A DNA stretch of 57,382 nt from Candidatus Levyibacteriota bacterium (GCA_027459745.1 DAIDHL010000007.1:1-57382), one strand, 5' to 3'. Shown: positions 25,557-38,020, counted from the stretch's first letter. Made by a program: numbers and translations. Notes: generated from the letters alone by a model not told the origin.

Positions 25557-25585
25557 ATTATAGTTAGTCTCTGTCTATGTTGCAA
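25557..25585 (-). promoter_or_regulatory. Consensus sigma70 promoter of the PEGA/propeller gene
   Basis: Minus strand reads TTGCAA (25585..25580), 17 nt spacer, TATAAT (25562..25557), then 10 nt to the ATG at 25546. Confidence 0.65.
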
Positions 25586-25598
25586 CTCGATTCTTGCA

Positions 25599-25607
25599 TG
25601 TTATAAT
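25599..25607 (+). promoter_or_regulatory. Extended -10 promoter (TGtTATAAT) upstream of mreB
   Basis: tgttataat read at 25599-25607, about 75 nt upstream of the mreB ATG and divergent from the PEGA gene promoter. Confidence 0.5.
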
Positions 25608-25682
25608 CAAATTAGGCCAGGCATTAGATGATGTAGATAGGTAATATTTAGATATAGTTTTTTGATACATTTAAATTCAAAT

Positions 25683-26735
25683 ATGAAATTTAGTCTGCCA
25701 ACTTCCAAAAGAATAGGTATAGATTTAGGAACTGCCAATACGTTGGTTTATCTTACTGGTGAAGGGATTGTCTTAAACGAGCCTACAGTGGTGGCAGTAA
25801 CAGCTGAAGAAAATCGCGTCGTGGCTGTAGGAAGCGAAGCTAAAGAAATGCTTGGCAGAACACCGGGTAATGTGATAGCGATGCGTCCGCTTCGGGATGG
25901 AGTCATAGCGGACTATACTATTACAGAATCTATGCTCTCCTATTTTATAGATAAAGCTTGTGGCAAAGCACGTTTCTTCAAGCCCGAAGTTATGGTTTGT
26001 ATCCCCTCAGGTGTAACTCAGGTTGAACGGCGAGCGGTATTGGATGCTGCGATGACCGCTGGTGCCAGAGTAGCTTATCTGATAGATGAACCATTGGCAG
26101 CTGCAATTGGGGCTAAAATACCTATAGCTCAGCCTGCGGGCCACATGATTGTTAATATTGGTGGTGGATCTACGGAATCGGCAGTTATTTCCTTAGGTGG
26201 CGTGGTGGTACATAGCTCAGTGAGAGTAGCAGGTAACAAGTTGGATGAGGCTATAGCCAACTATATACGTAAGAAATTTAATCTTTTAGTGGGAGAGACT
26301 ACGGCTGAACAGATCAAAATTAATATTGGGAATGCTTTTATCGAAGAAGAAAAAAGCACAACTGCGCATAAGCATCAGTCTGGACTCAAAAAGATGGAAA
26401 TAAGGGGTAGAGATAATGTGACGGGTTTACCACGCACGATTGAGGTTGATGAAGCGCAAATTAATGAGGCTATTAGGTCTGTTTTAAACGAGATTATCAA
26501 TGGTGTGAAGTTAGTGCTAGAGCAGTGTCCGCCAGAACTAGCCGCGGATGTAATAGATAAAGGCATCGTTTTATCCGGTGGAACTTCGCTACTAACCAAT
26601 TTAGACAAACTTATGACTCATGCCACGGGGGTTCCTTGTCACGTAGCTGAGGACGCTTTGCTGTGCGTGGTCAAAGGAACTGGAGTTGCGATGGAGAATA
26701 TTGAATTGTATAAGAGAAGTATCAATCGTAAGTAG
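25683..26735 (+). CDS. mreB: Rod-shape-determining actin homolog MreB
   Basis: IGIDLGTANTLVY phosphate-1 motif. MVCIPSGVTQVERRA. DEPLAAAIG. NIGGGSTE. LSGGTSLL. Start set at ATG 25683; the track extends it upstream to an alternative start. Confidence 0.93.
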   Translation: MKFSLPTSKRIGIDLGTANTLVYLTGEGIVLNEPTVVAVTAEENRVVAVGSEAKEMLGRTPGNVIAMRPLRDGVIADYTITESMLSYFIDKACGKARFFKPEVMVCIPSGVTQVERRAVLDAAMTAGARVAYLIDEPLAAAIGAKIPIAQPAGHMIVNIGGGSTESAVISLGGVVVHSSVRVAGNKLDEAIANYIRKKFNLLVGETTAEQIKINIGNAFIEEEKSTTAHKHQSGLKKMEIRGRDNVTGLPRTIEVDEAQINEAIRSVLNEIINGVKLVLEQCPPELAADVIDKGIVLSGGTSLLTNLDKLMTHATGVPCHVAEDALLCVVKGTGVAMENIELYKRSINRK

Positions 26736-26983
26736 AAAGTTATAAAGTAGAATGTTTACAAAAAGAAGGATCAATAATCAAACAACTTATAATATACGTT
26801 TATGGATAAATGGCATAAGGTTGAATTAGTTTTAAGCACATTTTTTCACACAAAACCAGCTCGTTTATTTACAAAATCGAAAATACCAAACACTCTCGCA
26901 TTTAATACAGCTTGCGAAGCTAGATTTAGTGCGTATAAAAGAGTAAAATTAATATACGATATAGCAATAAATGACTAAAATCT

Positions 26984-27745
26984 ATGACAAAAAATAGTAA
27001 TCAAACAGCACCAGAGATTCTTGTGAAAACGCAATTACTCGGGTTGCAAATGGTTAATGCAACTGCTAATCAAGTCCTAGAATATATTGTAAATTTTTTG
27101 AAAAACCCTTCTAATTCTAAACAAAAACTGTTAATTTTTACACCAAATCCCGAGATGATAGTATATGCTCATCGACATCCAGAAACTAAAAAAATTTTAA
27201 ACCATGCGCAAATTAATCTACCTGATGGGGTAGGACTGACTATGGCAGCCTCGATTTTAGGTCAACCATTAAAACAGCGTATTGCGGGTGTAGATTTTAT
27301 GGAAAAATTGTGTCAAGAATGTAACGAAAAGCCTATAAAGATAGGATTATTGGGGGCAGGACCGGGCGTAGCAGAAAAGACATCCAAGTGCTTAAGAATA
27401 AAGTTTCCTAAATTGCAAATTGTATTTGCACAAGCAGAGTGGCCATCTACTCCTCAAGCTCTTCCTGAGATTGATATCCTCTTCGTAGCTTTTGGTTTTC
27501 CTAAACAAGAAGAGTGGATTGTCAAGAATATACCAAATCTACCTGTCAAAGCTGCTATGGCTGTCGGTGGGTCATTTGACTACATAAGTGGCAAAGTTTC
27601 CCGAGCGCCCTATTTTATGCGCATGTTAGGTCTGGAGTGGTTATACCGTTTGATTCGTCAACCCTGGAGATGGAAAAGGCAATTAGCGTTGATTGAATTT
27701 ATATTACTGGTGGTTCAGGAGAGGTTTAAAACAATAGGTTTATAA
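26984..27745 (+). CDS. WecB/TagA/CpsF-family glycosyltransferase (GT26)
   Basis: FTPNPEMIV, NLPDGVGL and the C-terminal RAPYFMRMLGLEWLYRLIRQPWRWKRQ signature typical of this family. Confidence 0.85.
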   Translation: MTKNSNQTAPEILVKTQLLGLQMVNATANQVLEYIVNFLKNPSNSKQKLLIFTPNPEMIVYAHRHPETKKILNHAQINLPDGVGLTMAASILGQPLKQRIAGVDFMEKLCQECNEKPIKIGLLGAGPGVAEKTSKCLRIKFPKLQIVFAQAEWPSTPQALPEIDILFVAFGFPKQEEWIVKNIPNLPVKAAMAVGGSFDYISGKVSRAPYFMRMLGLEWLYRLIRQPWRWKRQLALIEFILLVVQERFKTIGL

Positions 27746-28879
27746 ATCTTTTTTTAGTATCTCCTCAAAAGCTCTCTCATATTTATTTATCATTTTCTCT
27801 ACATTGAAATTTATTTCAGCATGCTTTCTACAATTGGCACGCATTTTATTGTAGTCATTCTCCGACATTGTATATATTTTCTCTACTGCCTCACGTAAGC
27901 CCTCCAGTCCGGTTTTTTTAATAATCCAATCGCCTCGTATATCTTTATCAGAATAATTAACTATAAAACCTGTTTGTCCATCTTTAATTATTTCGGGTAC
28001 AGATCCTCTAGCAAAAGCGATTACAGGTGTACCGCATGCCATAGATTCAATCATTACCAGTCCGAACGGTTCATCCCATTGTAAAGGGTAAATTAAAGCC
28101 TTGTATATACCAGGGGTTTTATATTTATCGAACTTATTCTGTTCCAAAGTATCAATTATAATAATATTTGAATTAATTTGATCAATAATATGCGACATAA
28201 AATCCTGTTTGTTGGTGAAATTTGCATATGCTTCTATATTAAAAGATAATTGTGCAAATAATTTTATAGATACTAATAGCCCCTTTTGATCATCCTTATT
28301 TACCCTTCCTACCCAGAAAAAACTGTTTTTGCTTGGTTTCTCTCTATATAGATAGTTTTTTATATCTATGCCATGAATTATTATAGAGGTATTTTTAAGC
28401 CATCTAGCTTGTTGAAGCTGAAAGTCACTTGGGAAAATATAATGAACATTTTTTGGTTGGCGTAGATACTTAAAAATGTATGTATAAAGCTTTTCAACTG
28501 GAAAGTGTCCGATAACCACAATAGGTATTTTAATAATACCTGCTTGAAGACCTAGGTTTATTTCTCCTGTTGAGTCTATTATAACATCGTAAGAGTTACT
28601 TAAGACGAGAGGTAAAACTTTTCCATATTCTGCGATTCTAATTCGGTCTATATGTAAAGCTAGATTGTGATCTAGTTTTTCAATTGCTTCAAGACTGTCA
28701 TTAAAAATTTCTATAAGTTTAATATTGGTAGCTTTTATGGAGTTTGCTAATGCATATAGATCAATTTGGTAATTCCTTTTAGCTAACTCTTGAGTGAATA
28801 AAGCAGTCCAAGTCTCTTGTCCTCCCTGGGCATTAATTTGAGTAGGTTTATATAGCGAAGAGATAATTGCAACTTTCAT
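27740..28879 (-). CDS. Glycosyltransferase, GT4 (group 1) family
   Basis: C-terminal EPFGLVMIESMACGTPVIAFARGSVPEIIKDGQTGFIV, an E-x7-E-type motif region. Confidence 0.85.
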   Translation of the reverse strand: MKVAIISSLYKPTQINAQGGQETWTALFTQELAKRNYQIDLYALANSIKATNIKLIEIFNDSLEAIEKLDHNLALHIDRIRIAEYGKVLPLVLSNSYDVIIDSTGEINLGLQAGIIKIPIVVIGHFPVEKLYTYIFKYLRQPKNVHYIFPSDFQLQQARWLKNTSIIIHGIDIKNYLYREKPSKNSFFWVGRVNKDDQKGLLVSIKLFAQLSFNIEAYANFTNKQDFMSHIIDQINSNIIIIDTLEQNKFDKYKTPGIYKALIYPLQWDEPFGLVMIESMACGTPVIAFARGSVPEIIKDGQTGFIVNYSDKDIRGDWIIKKTGLEGLREAVEKIYTMSENDYNKMRANCRKHAEINFNVEKMINKYERAFEEILKKDL

Positions 28880-28885
28880 ATATTA

Positions 28886-30067
28886 CTATGTAATACTCAC
28901 AGTAGCAAATAACTTGGAAAATTTATTGGCTGATTCTTCCCAGCTGAAATGTGTACTGGAATAAGTAAATCCGTATTCTCCAAAAACTTCACGTTTATTT
29001 CTATCGTCCAATAACGTCGATATCTTTTGAGCCAAAGATTGGCTGTCAGCTGTTTTAGCAACTAATCCTGCTTTGTCGTCTACCCAAATTTTTTCATGGA
29101 AACAATCGGTGATTACAACTGGCTTTTTAAAACCAAAAGCCAATTCTAACACTCCTGATTGAGAAACATGTGTATAAGGTAAGACTACAAGATCACTAGC
29201 TTTAAATACCGGCTCGAGCTCAGAACTATCTAGATAGTTTAAGTTAAGAACAAATCTATCTTGAAGTTTTAATTTATTGATCATTAGTAGGTAGTTTTCA
29301 AGCAAGTCTTTAGATGCATATTTTAAACCCGAGGCTACATATATGATATAGTCATGGTTGGTTTTATCTAGCAGTTTGGCAGAGTTAATTAAATAATCAA
29401 ATCCTTTATACTCACGTAAAAAGCCAAAAAATAGAATTATCTTTTTATCTGTAGGTAGGTTTAAGTAACTTTTTGACATTTGTTGGGTATAGAGATTACG
29501 GTTAAAAAGATTGTAAATGCCATGAGGAATGATACTGATCTTTTTCTCAGGAATAGAATAATATTTCATTAACTTACTTTTTTCTTCAATATTTCCAACC
29601 GTAAAAGCATCAGCAAATGAATAGAAAGCAGATAGTAGTTTAATTATTTTTTTGTCTTCTTCAAAAGGAAGAACATCATGTAATGTAAGGATTAGTTTAT
29701 TTTTATACCTCACCTTGGCGTAATTACAAAGCGTGGTAAAGTAAAAGAGTTTATTTTTGACAGTTGTTCCTACATGAACATTTATTAACTTGATTTCTTT
29801 GCTATTAAGATAATCGAGTAAGTCAATGATGCTATTTGGATCATTATCATCGAGGTCAAAACGAGGCCACTTAATATATTGTCGAACTAGGGAATCGGTT
29901 ATTTGTTTAACAGTTGTACCAGTTTGATCAAGCTGAGGATAGGTAATGTATTTAACGTAATTTCTTTTATTTAAAGGCCCTGCTAAATGAGCAGCATAAT
30001 GGCCTAATCCTCCAGAGAGTGAGGTTAAAATAGCAACTTTAGAACTATTGGCAGTTGAGTTTGCCAT
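28886..30067 (-). CDS. Glycosyltransferase, GT4 (group 1) family
   Basis: GT-B C-terminal pattern (VLPYTHVSQSGVLELAFGFKKPVVITD). In an operon with the downstream GT4 gene. Confidence 0.8.
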   Translation of the reverse strand: MANSTANSSKVAILTSLSGGLGHYAAHLAGPLNKRNYVKYITYPQLDQTGTTVKQITDSLVRQYIKWPRFDLDDNDPNSIIDLLDYLNSKEIKLINVHVGTTVKNKLFYFTTLCNYAKVRYKNKLILTLHDVLPFEEDKKIIKLLSAFYSFADAFTVGNIEEKSKLMKYYSIPEKKISIIPHGIYNLFNRNLYTQQMSKSYLNLPTDKKIILFFGFLREYKGFDYLINSAKLLDKTNHDYIIYVASGLKYASKDLLENYLLMINKLKLQDRFVLNLNYLDSSELEPVFKASDLVVLPYTHVSQSGVLELAFGFKKPVVITDCFHEKIWVDDKAGLVAKTADSQSLAQKISTLLDDRNKREVFGEYGFTYSSTHFSWEESANKFSKLFATVSIT

Positions 30068-30139
30068 GTTTTTGCAGTCTATATAATTTTTATTGAGTTG
30101 TCAATAATATGCTCATCCATATTTTCAAATCTTTGATAA

Positions 30140-30168
30140 TTGACCGACTAAATTTTTTATTCTATAAA
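30140..30168 (+). promoter_or_regulatory. Sigma70-like promoter, leaderless-type spacing, for the galT-like gene
   Basis: TTGACC (30140-30145), 17 nt spacer, TATAAA (30163-30168), then 7 nt to the ATG at 30176. Confidence 0.6.
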
Positions 30169-30175
30169 TAAACTA

Positions 30176-31054
30176 ATGTCAGATTACACTCAGCTTGAAT
30201 TCGAATTTTTTAAACTTCCTACACAGCCAGAATGGGTGGTCCTTTCTCCCCGCAGGGCTTATAGACCAAATGTCGCCAAGCAAAAAGTCCAAATCTGTCC
30301 TTTCTGTATGGATAACGGGGAAGATGTTTTATACCAAATTAAATCAGAGGATAGTAATGAATTGTTAGTTAAGGTCTTACCCAACAAATATCCTTTTGCC
30401 TCTATTCATGAATTGATCATTCATTCACCTGATCACCATAAGAACATTGATGAGCTACCTCGAGAGCAAGTAGAATTATTGTTCAAAGTTTATAAACAAA
30501 GATTTAATTTATACAAAGATAAGGGCCAAGTTTGCCTATTTCATAATCGTGGAGTAGATGGGGGAGAAAGTATTCCACATCCACATACACAATTGGCCGT
30601 AATACCTTTTAATGTTCCACTGAATTCCCCAACACTACTCCAGACCCCCGACGATGTATTTAAAAGCGAAATGTTTAAAGTTTTTAGTCCAGATATCTCT
30701 CAATGGCCTGATGAGGTATGGATTGCGCCACAGCGATCAGGTTTGGATTTTGGAGAAATTAATGATCAAGAGATAAGTGAGTTAAGTGATTTAATGCCCC
30801 GCGTAATTGAAATACTTGACCTACGGCATGGCCATGAATTTCCTTTCAATTTTTCAATATATTTTGGTAAAAATTGGTTTGTACGCATTGTGCCTCGACA
30901 AAAAAAATTAGGAGGGTTCGAAGTGAGTACTGGAGTGTATGTGAATACCCAGGATCCGGCAGAAACAAATTCGTTTATCAAACAACATTTGTCTCAGCTG
31001 AATAAAGAAAAAATACTGCAAGAGCAACAAGCTACCTATCGTCGCAGTGTTTGA
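30176..31054 (+). CDS. galT: Galactose-1-phosphate uridylyltransferase-like HIT-superfamily enzyme
   Basis: N-terminal CPFC zinc motif. Active-site HPHTQL (HxHxQ). Two-lobed length of ~290 aa. Confidence 0.75.
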   Translation: MSDYTQLEFEFFKLPTQPEWVVLSPRRAYRPNVAKQKVQICPFCMDNGEDVLYQIKSEDSNELLVKVLPNKYPFASIHELIIHSPDHHKNIDELPREQVELLFKVYKQRFNLYKDKGQVCLFHNRGVDGGESIPHPHTQLAVIPFNVPLNSPTLLQTPDDVFKSEMFKVFSPDISQWPDEVWIAPQRSGLDFGEINDQEISELSDLMPRVIEILDLRHGHEFPFNFSIYFGKNWFVRIVPRQKKLGGFEVSTGVYVNTQDPAETNSFIKQHLSQLNKEKILQEQQATYRRSV

Positions 31055-31296
31055 TTTAAATTTCGTGTCCAAATTCAAATAAATATCCCATTTAAAAGTA
31101 GAATAGACTGGAATGACTTTAGTTATTGGAGTTTATTTAGTGCTAGGAGTTATATTTTAGTAATTTTAAGTATACAAAAGTATGCAAGATTATATAAATT
31201 TAAACAAGTTATATAAAGAGAAATATGAAAAATAAGTGTGAAAAAAATTACAATATTAAATTAGAAAGATTTAGATCACTAACTGAGAAGTTTTAA

Positions 31297-31527
31297 CTAA
31301 GCAGTTTTTTGTTGAATACCTAATAGCCAAAGAACGGCTTCTTTTTTATATCGGCGATCACCTCGAGTGTTGATACGAATGGCTGGTAATTTACCTCGCT
31401 TGCCCCATCTCTTAATGGTAAGAGGAGAAACGCGTAAGATTTCGGCTACTTCACGAACTGTCAATAAATCGGGTAAAGACTGGATGGAGAGTTGGTTGTT
31501 ATTGTTACTAATACTTTGGTCGCTCAT
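31297..31527 (-). CDS. Small excisionase/MerR-type helix-turn-helix DNA-binding protein (76 aa)
   Basis: LTVREVAEILRVSPLTIKRWGKRGKLPAIRINTRGDRRYKKEAV. Clear paralog of the N-terminus of the 3220-aa protein (LTVQEAANYLHVSTQTLRRWDESSKLVSIRTQGNQRRYTIKQL). Confidence 0.8.
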   Translation of the reverse strand: MSDQSISNNNNQLSIQSLPDLLTVREVAEILRVSPLTIKRWGKRGKLPAIRINTRGDRRYKKEAVLWLLGIQQKTA

Positions 31528-31599
31528 ATAGTGTCAATATATCTACTAAAGTAACAAAGTATAGCAGTAGTGTCAAGACCCATAATAAGATTACTTGAG

Positions 31600-34175
<2,576 letters not shown>

Positions 34176-34203
34176 AATTATGATCTGTAATTAAAAATTT
34201 AAT

Positions 34204-35769
34204 TTATTTTTTCGTAATAATTGGTTTATTCTCAGCATTAACTTGTTTTATTTGGGTTACGTCGGTTTGTGGAGTGGGTGGATTTTGGGTGGAAGAAGGG
34301 AAAAGCTTATTTAAAAATGGTATAACGCTTTGGGCAATTACGCGCATAAAATCATTTAAAGTTTTATTGTTCGTAGTCATCTGGTCGACTTTTTGGCGAA
34401 AGTCTGTATCAGTATTATATATTTCGATTAACTGCATGATTTCATTTTTCATTTGTTCATGCGACTTAGTGTTCCAATAGCCAAACCACAAAATTGTGAA
34501 TAAAAAGAGTTGCAAATTACTATCCAGAATAGTATCGGTTTTCTGGTCAAAGAAATGTTGAATTCGCTCACCAGTGCTTAAAGTATCTCGAATTGTAGGA
34601 GTAACTTCGGCTCCAAAATGTGAAAAACGTTCCATACGTTCATGCAGAGTTAAGAAGCTCAAAACTTCACGGCTAATACTGCGTTTTAAATCAGTTTGAG
34701 TTTGTCTTCCGACACGGCTAACAGATAGAAAAGGATTAACTGCGGGACGACGGCCTTGGGTAAAAGAATCAATGTCAAAATAGATGTGTCCATCAGTCAT
34801 GGACATCAAATTAGTTTGTATGTATCCCGACATGTCTCCCTGGACCGTCTCTGCGACCGGTAAACACGTTATGGCGCATTCTTGTCCATCAGATGATATA
34901 AAATTACCTGCTCGTTCTAAAAGGCGCGCATGGGTATAAAAAATGTCAGCAGGATAAGAGTTGCGAGCAGGGAAGCGTTTACCCAAAAGTGAAATTTCGC
35001 GGTAAAATTTGGCATGAGTGTATAGATCGTCTAATACCAACACCACATCACGTCCCTGGTCTCGGAAATACTCAGCTAAAGTCATTGCACAATAAGGAGT
35101 GATATAGATTACAGATGCAGGATCATCAGAGGTGGAGGCCATAATCACTGTTTGGGCAGTAATGTTTTGTTTTTTGAAATAAGTTTCAGCTGCCTTGATA
35201 TCTAGTCTTTTTTTACCAATAGCGGCGTAGATACAAATGGCGCCTTGTCTGGCTTGTGTCACCAAAGTTTGGAACAAAAAGTTGGTCTTACCTGTTTTAC
35301 GGTCACCGATGACTAGTTCGCGTTGACCTTTTCCCAGTGTGATTAAAATATCTACCAATGCAATCCCAGTGTCGAAAGTTCGACTGACGCGTTGTCGAGT
35401 TGAAATATCACCAGGAGGGGAATCAATCTGTCGCATGGTTTTAGGCGCTTGGATATCAGAAAGTTTGTCTAATAATTTACCAAATGGATCAATTATTTGA
35501 CCTAGATACTCATCACCTACAGGTATTGAAAATAGTTGGTTAGTCCGCGCCACTTTGGTTCCAACTTTTAGTGGTTCGGCAGCGAAAACAAAAACCTCGA
35601 CTAAGTCTTGTGTAATATTACCCACCATACCTATGACTCCATTTTCAAAAATAAGCATTTCTTGTTGGTGAGCTGAAGGTAATCCAGAAACATATACCAA
35701 GGAACTAACTGTCTCTTGCACATAACCAATCTCATTAAACTGTTCAAGGTAGTGGGTAAAAGCTTCCAT
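34204..35769 (-). CDS. atpA: F1 ATP synthase subunit alpha (with a Pro/Thr/Gln-rich C-terminal extension)
   Basis: Walker A GDRKTGKT. LVLDDLYTHAKFYREISLL. SGYIQTNLMSMTDGHIYF. Confidence 0.95.
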   Translation of the reverse strand: MEAFTHYLEQFNEIGYVQETVSSLVYVSGLPSAHQQEMLIFENGVIGMVGNITQDLVEVFVFAAEPLKVGTKVARTNQLFSIPVGDEYLGQIIDPFGKLLDKLSDIQAPKTMRQIDSPPGDISTRQRVSRTFDTGIALVDILITLGKGQRELVIGDRKTGKTNFLFQTLVTQARQGAICIYAAIGKKRLDIKAAETYFKKQNITAQTVIMASTSDDPASVIYITPYCAMTLAEYFRDQGRDVVLVLDDLYTHAKFYREISLLGKRFPARNSYPADIFYTHARLLERAGNFISSDGQECAITCLPVAETVQGDMSGYIQTNLMSMTDGHIYFDIDSFTQGRRPAVNPFLSVSRVGRQTQTDLKRSISREVLSFLTLHERMERFSHFGAEVTPTIRDTLSTGERIQHFFDQKTDTILDSNLQLFLFTILWFGYWNTKSHEQMKNEIMQLIEIYNTDTDFRQKVDQMTTNNKTLNDFMRVIAQSVIPFLNKLFPSSTQNPPTPQTDVTQIKQVNAENKPIITKK

Positions 35770-35784
35770 GTTGGGTTTTTAGCC

Positions 35785-36261
35785 TTATTGCTTCAGAAAA
35801 TGATCTATTTTGTTTTTTAAAGAATAATCCAGATATTCTCCCTTAAACGTAATAATTGCACCACCCATCACATGCGAATCGATCTTAAATTCAATTAAAG
35901 TATTAAGACCAAATTCAGTTTTAATCAGGCTGGCAATTTTTTGTGTCAGTTCATAGCTTGGTTCAAAAGCGAGAGTTAAGGTAAGTAATTCATTTGACTT
36001 CAAGACCTGAGAAAAATTATCAGCAAAGTTTTTAATAGCCTCGGGTGTTTGTAGATCAAGTTTTTTTTGCTCAATTTGTTGATTTAATACTTCTCCTACA
36101 GAAGCTGGAAGTTTATCTAATAACATGGTTAATGTATCAGTATGGTGTACTTTGTAGAGGTTTTCTAAAACCTCATTCAGTATGTCTTGGATTTTCTCTG
36201 CTTCTGCATGCGTATAAATCACTGCCAGAAGCGGGGATAATGGAGTCAGAGAATTATTCAT
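35785..36261 (-). CDS. atpH: F1 ATP synthase subunit delta (OSCP)
   Basis: Position and size fit. C-terminal IDSHVMGGAIITFKGEYLDYSLKNKI matches the OSCP C-terminal pattern. ATGA overlap with atpF. Confidence 0.8.
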   Translation of the reverse strand: MNNSLTPLSPLLAVIYTHAEAEKIQDILNEVLENLYKVHHTDTLTMLLDKLPASVGEVLNQQIEQKKLDLQTPEAIKNFADNFSQVLKSNELLTLTLAFEPSYELTQKIASLIKTEFGLNTLIEFKIDSHVMGGAIITFKGEYLDYSLKNKIDHFLKQ

Positions 36262-36968
36262 AAACTTATTCGTTTGGCTGCTTGCTTGACGGAATTTACT
36301 AACAATTGTTCTTGTTGATCTGGACTTAGACTCTCACCTAAAGTAGCGTAAATAATTTCTTTAAGCTTACTTTGTAATTGTTGATCTATTTCTTGCTGCT
36401 TTTGCTGACGATATGCAGAAAGTTCTTTCTCCAGGGCTTGGTATTCCTTGGCTATTTTTTCATCTAAGTCTTTCTGTCGTTCCATGGTCTCTTTCTCCAA
36501 CAACGATTTGAGTTGGGATAATTCCTGATCCGCTAAGTCTTCGATGTCTTTTGTGGCGCTTTGAAATACTTTTTCCGCTTTAGCCTCTTCACCAGTTAGG
36601 GAGTCTTTATATTCACTATGCAAATTCTCATTGATGTCGTCCAAGGCTTTGCTATGCATTTGCGTGAGTTCTTTAAGTTTATTCAAAAATATTTCCCTCT
36701 CGTTATTTTGAAATTGGCCTGCGTCTTCTATGATTTCCTCCGCTTTTTTATTAGCCTGTTGGATAATTTCCTCTGTTTGTTTATGAACTTTTTCTAAGGC
36801 TTTGCGAGTCTTTGTTTGTGTGGTGGTTTTTAAACTCATGTTTTCTTTAAGAATCTCTCTTAACTGATGAATTGATCTTTCATATTTAGCAATGATAGAG
36901 AGTACTGCCACAGCCAGGATAATAGTGGTGAGGACAATTAATAGTAAAAAGGCAGGTGCAACTAGCAT
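36258..36968 (-). CDS. atpF: Fo ATP synthase subunit b-like (long, 236 aa)
   Basis: Single N-terminal TM segment followed by a long charged coiled coil. Located upstream of atpH. Confidence 0.7.
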   Translation of the reverse strand: MLVAPAFLLLIVLTTIILAVAVLSIIAKYERSIHQLREILKENMSLKTTTQTKTRKALEKVHKQTEEIIQQANKKAEEIIEDAGQFQNNEREIFLNKLKELTQMHSKALDDINENLHSEYKDSLTGEEAKAEKVFQSATKDIEDLADQELSQLKSLLEKETMERQKDLDEKIAKEYQALEKELSAYRQQKQQEIDQQLQSKLKEIIYATLGESLSPDQQEQLLVNSVKQAAKRISL

Positions 36969-37036
36969 ATTTTTTGATAGTTAATTCTAGTATCTAGGAT
37001 TTCCAGAATTTTTACAAGAGCCTGAAAGCTATCCAG

Positions 37037-37849
37037 CTAGATAACGAGAATAAAATAACTTACGGCGATGCCGATGATAATCAAAAGCAACATGACCGAG
37101 ATATTAAAAACAATTCCAGCCCAAATTAACTTACTTGCCAAGGGATTGCGTCCTAAGGCCTCAATACCTGAGGTGGCAATGCGGCCAAAATAGCCTATGC
37201 CTAACAGAAAAGAAAATACCACTACCAGGGCGGCGGCGATATAGCGAATAATAGTGGCAGGGGAAACATACCCAGTGTTAATAATCTGTTGAAAAGAAGA
37301 AAAAACATTTTGGGTTTTAGTATTAATAGGTTGAGAACGTAAAGTAAAAGTAATGTTAGCTAAAATTAGTCCAGGTTTTTGTTTATTGGAATTATCATAG
37401 TTTTCCAAAGCAGTACCTATCACATAGCCATCTTCTGTTGCCTTTTGTGCTATTCCGGGAGTGTTTGATGTAGTCAAAATATCGCCAGTTTGGATTTTAC
37501 CATTGGCGGTATTTACTAGAACATAAGCCTTACCTTCATGAATGATCGGATAAGAATATTTTGATATAGAAAGAGGGTTTTCCAGAGAAACAGATGGGTT
37601 TTTTATCACCACACCTATGGCTGTAGGGTCATAAGCTACATTGCTCAGCTTGTATTCATGTGAGCTTAAGCTAACTACAGAACCAGGTTGCACATTCTGT
37701 CCTGGTATATCGACATAAATTGCTACTCCCGTAGACAATGTTTGCGCAAAAACTGATGTCATAGGAGACAGAAATTCTAACAAAAGAAGTAATAAAAAAA
37801 GAGAGATTATAGGACTTTTTTTAGCAAAAAGATGTATAAGTTTTAACAC
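37037..37849 (-). CDS. Fusion protein in the atpE position: signal peptide + fibre-type extracellular module + C-terminal ATP synthase c-subunit-like helical hairpin
   Basis: The C-terminus LGIGYFGRIATSGIEALGRNPLASKLIWAGIVFNISVMLLLIIIGIAV resembles c subunits (G-rich helix 1, R-N/Q-P loop, helix 2), but helix 2 contains no Glu or Asp. The middle region (YVDIPGQNVQPGSVV...GKIQTGDILTTSNTPGIAQKATEDGYVIGTALENY) matches a module in both giant proteins. Start set at GTG 37849, preceded by a GAGGA SD. The track extends to TTG 37960. Confidence 0.65.
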   Translation of the reverse strand: MLKLIHLFAKKSPIISLFLLLLLLEFLSPMTSVFAQTLSTGVAIYVDIPGQNVQPGSVVSLSSHEYKLSNVAYDPTAIGVVIKNPSVSLENPLSISKYSYPIIHEGKAYVLVNTANGKIQTGDILTTSNTPGIAQKATEDGYVIGTALENYDNSNKQKPGLILANITFTLRSQPINTKTQNVFSSFQQIINTGYVSPATIIRYIAAALVVVFSFLLGIGYFGRIATSGIEALGRNPLASKLIWAGIVFNISVMLLLIIIGIAVSYFILVI

Positions 37850-38020
37850 AAATTTATCCTCTTCTTTTACTCTAGTGAAAAGAATTGTAAAAGTCAACCA
37901 AAGTTTAGCCTCAGATGTATGCTTAATAATCATTGACAGCGTCGTGAAAAATTGATTCAATTAAATAAGCAACAAATATTTAGTTTTAGACTCAAAATTG
38001 TATAAGTTTCTGACTAAGTT

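Noticed and set aside
25661-25682. Upstream extension of mreB (track start 25662)
   Set aside because: My hand count of these few codons did not reproduce the track translation cleanly. The conserved MreB N-terminus begins just after the ATG at 25683, so I used that start and leave the extension unresolved.
22272-31279. Shared operator half-site tagatcac (in the 22275-22288 palindrome and at 31272-31279 near the small HTH gene)
   Set aside because: An 8-mer is expected to occur about once or twice by chance in 57 kb on two strands. This is not evidence of a regulon.
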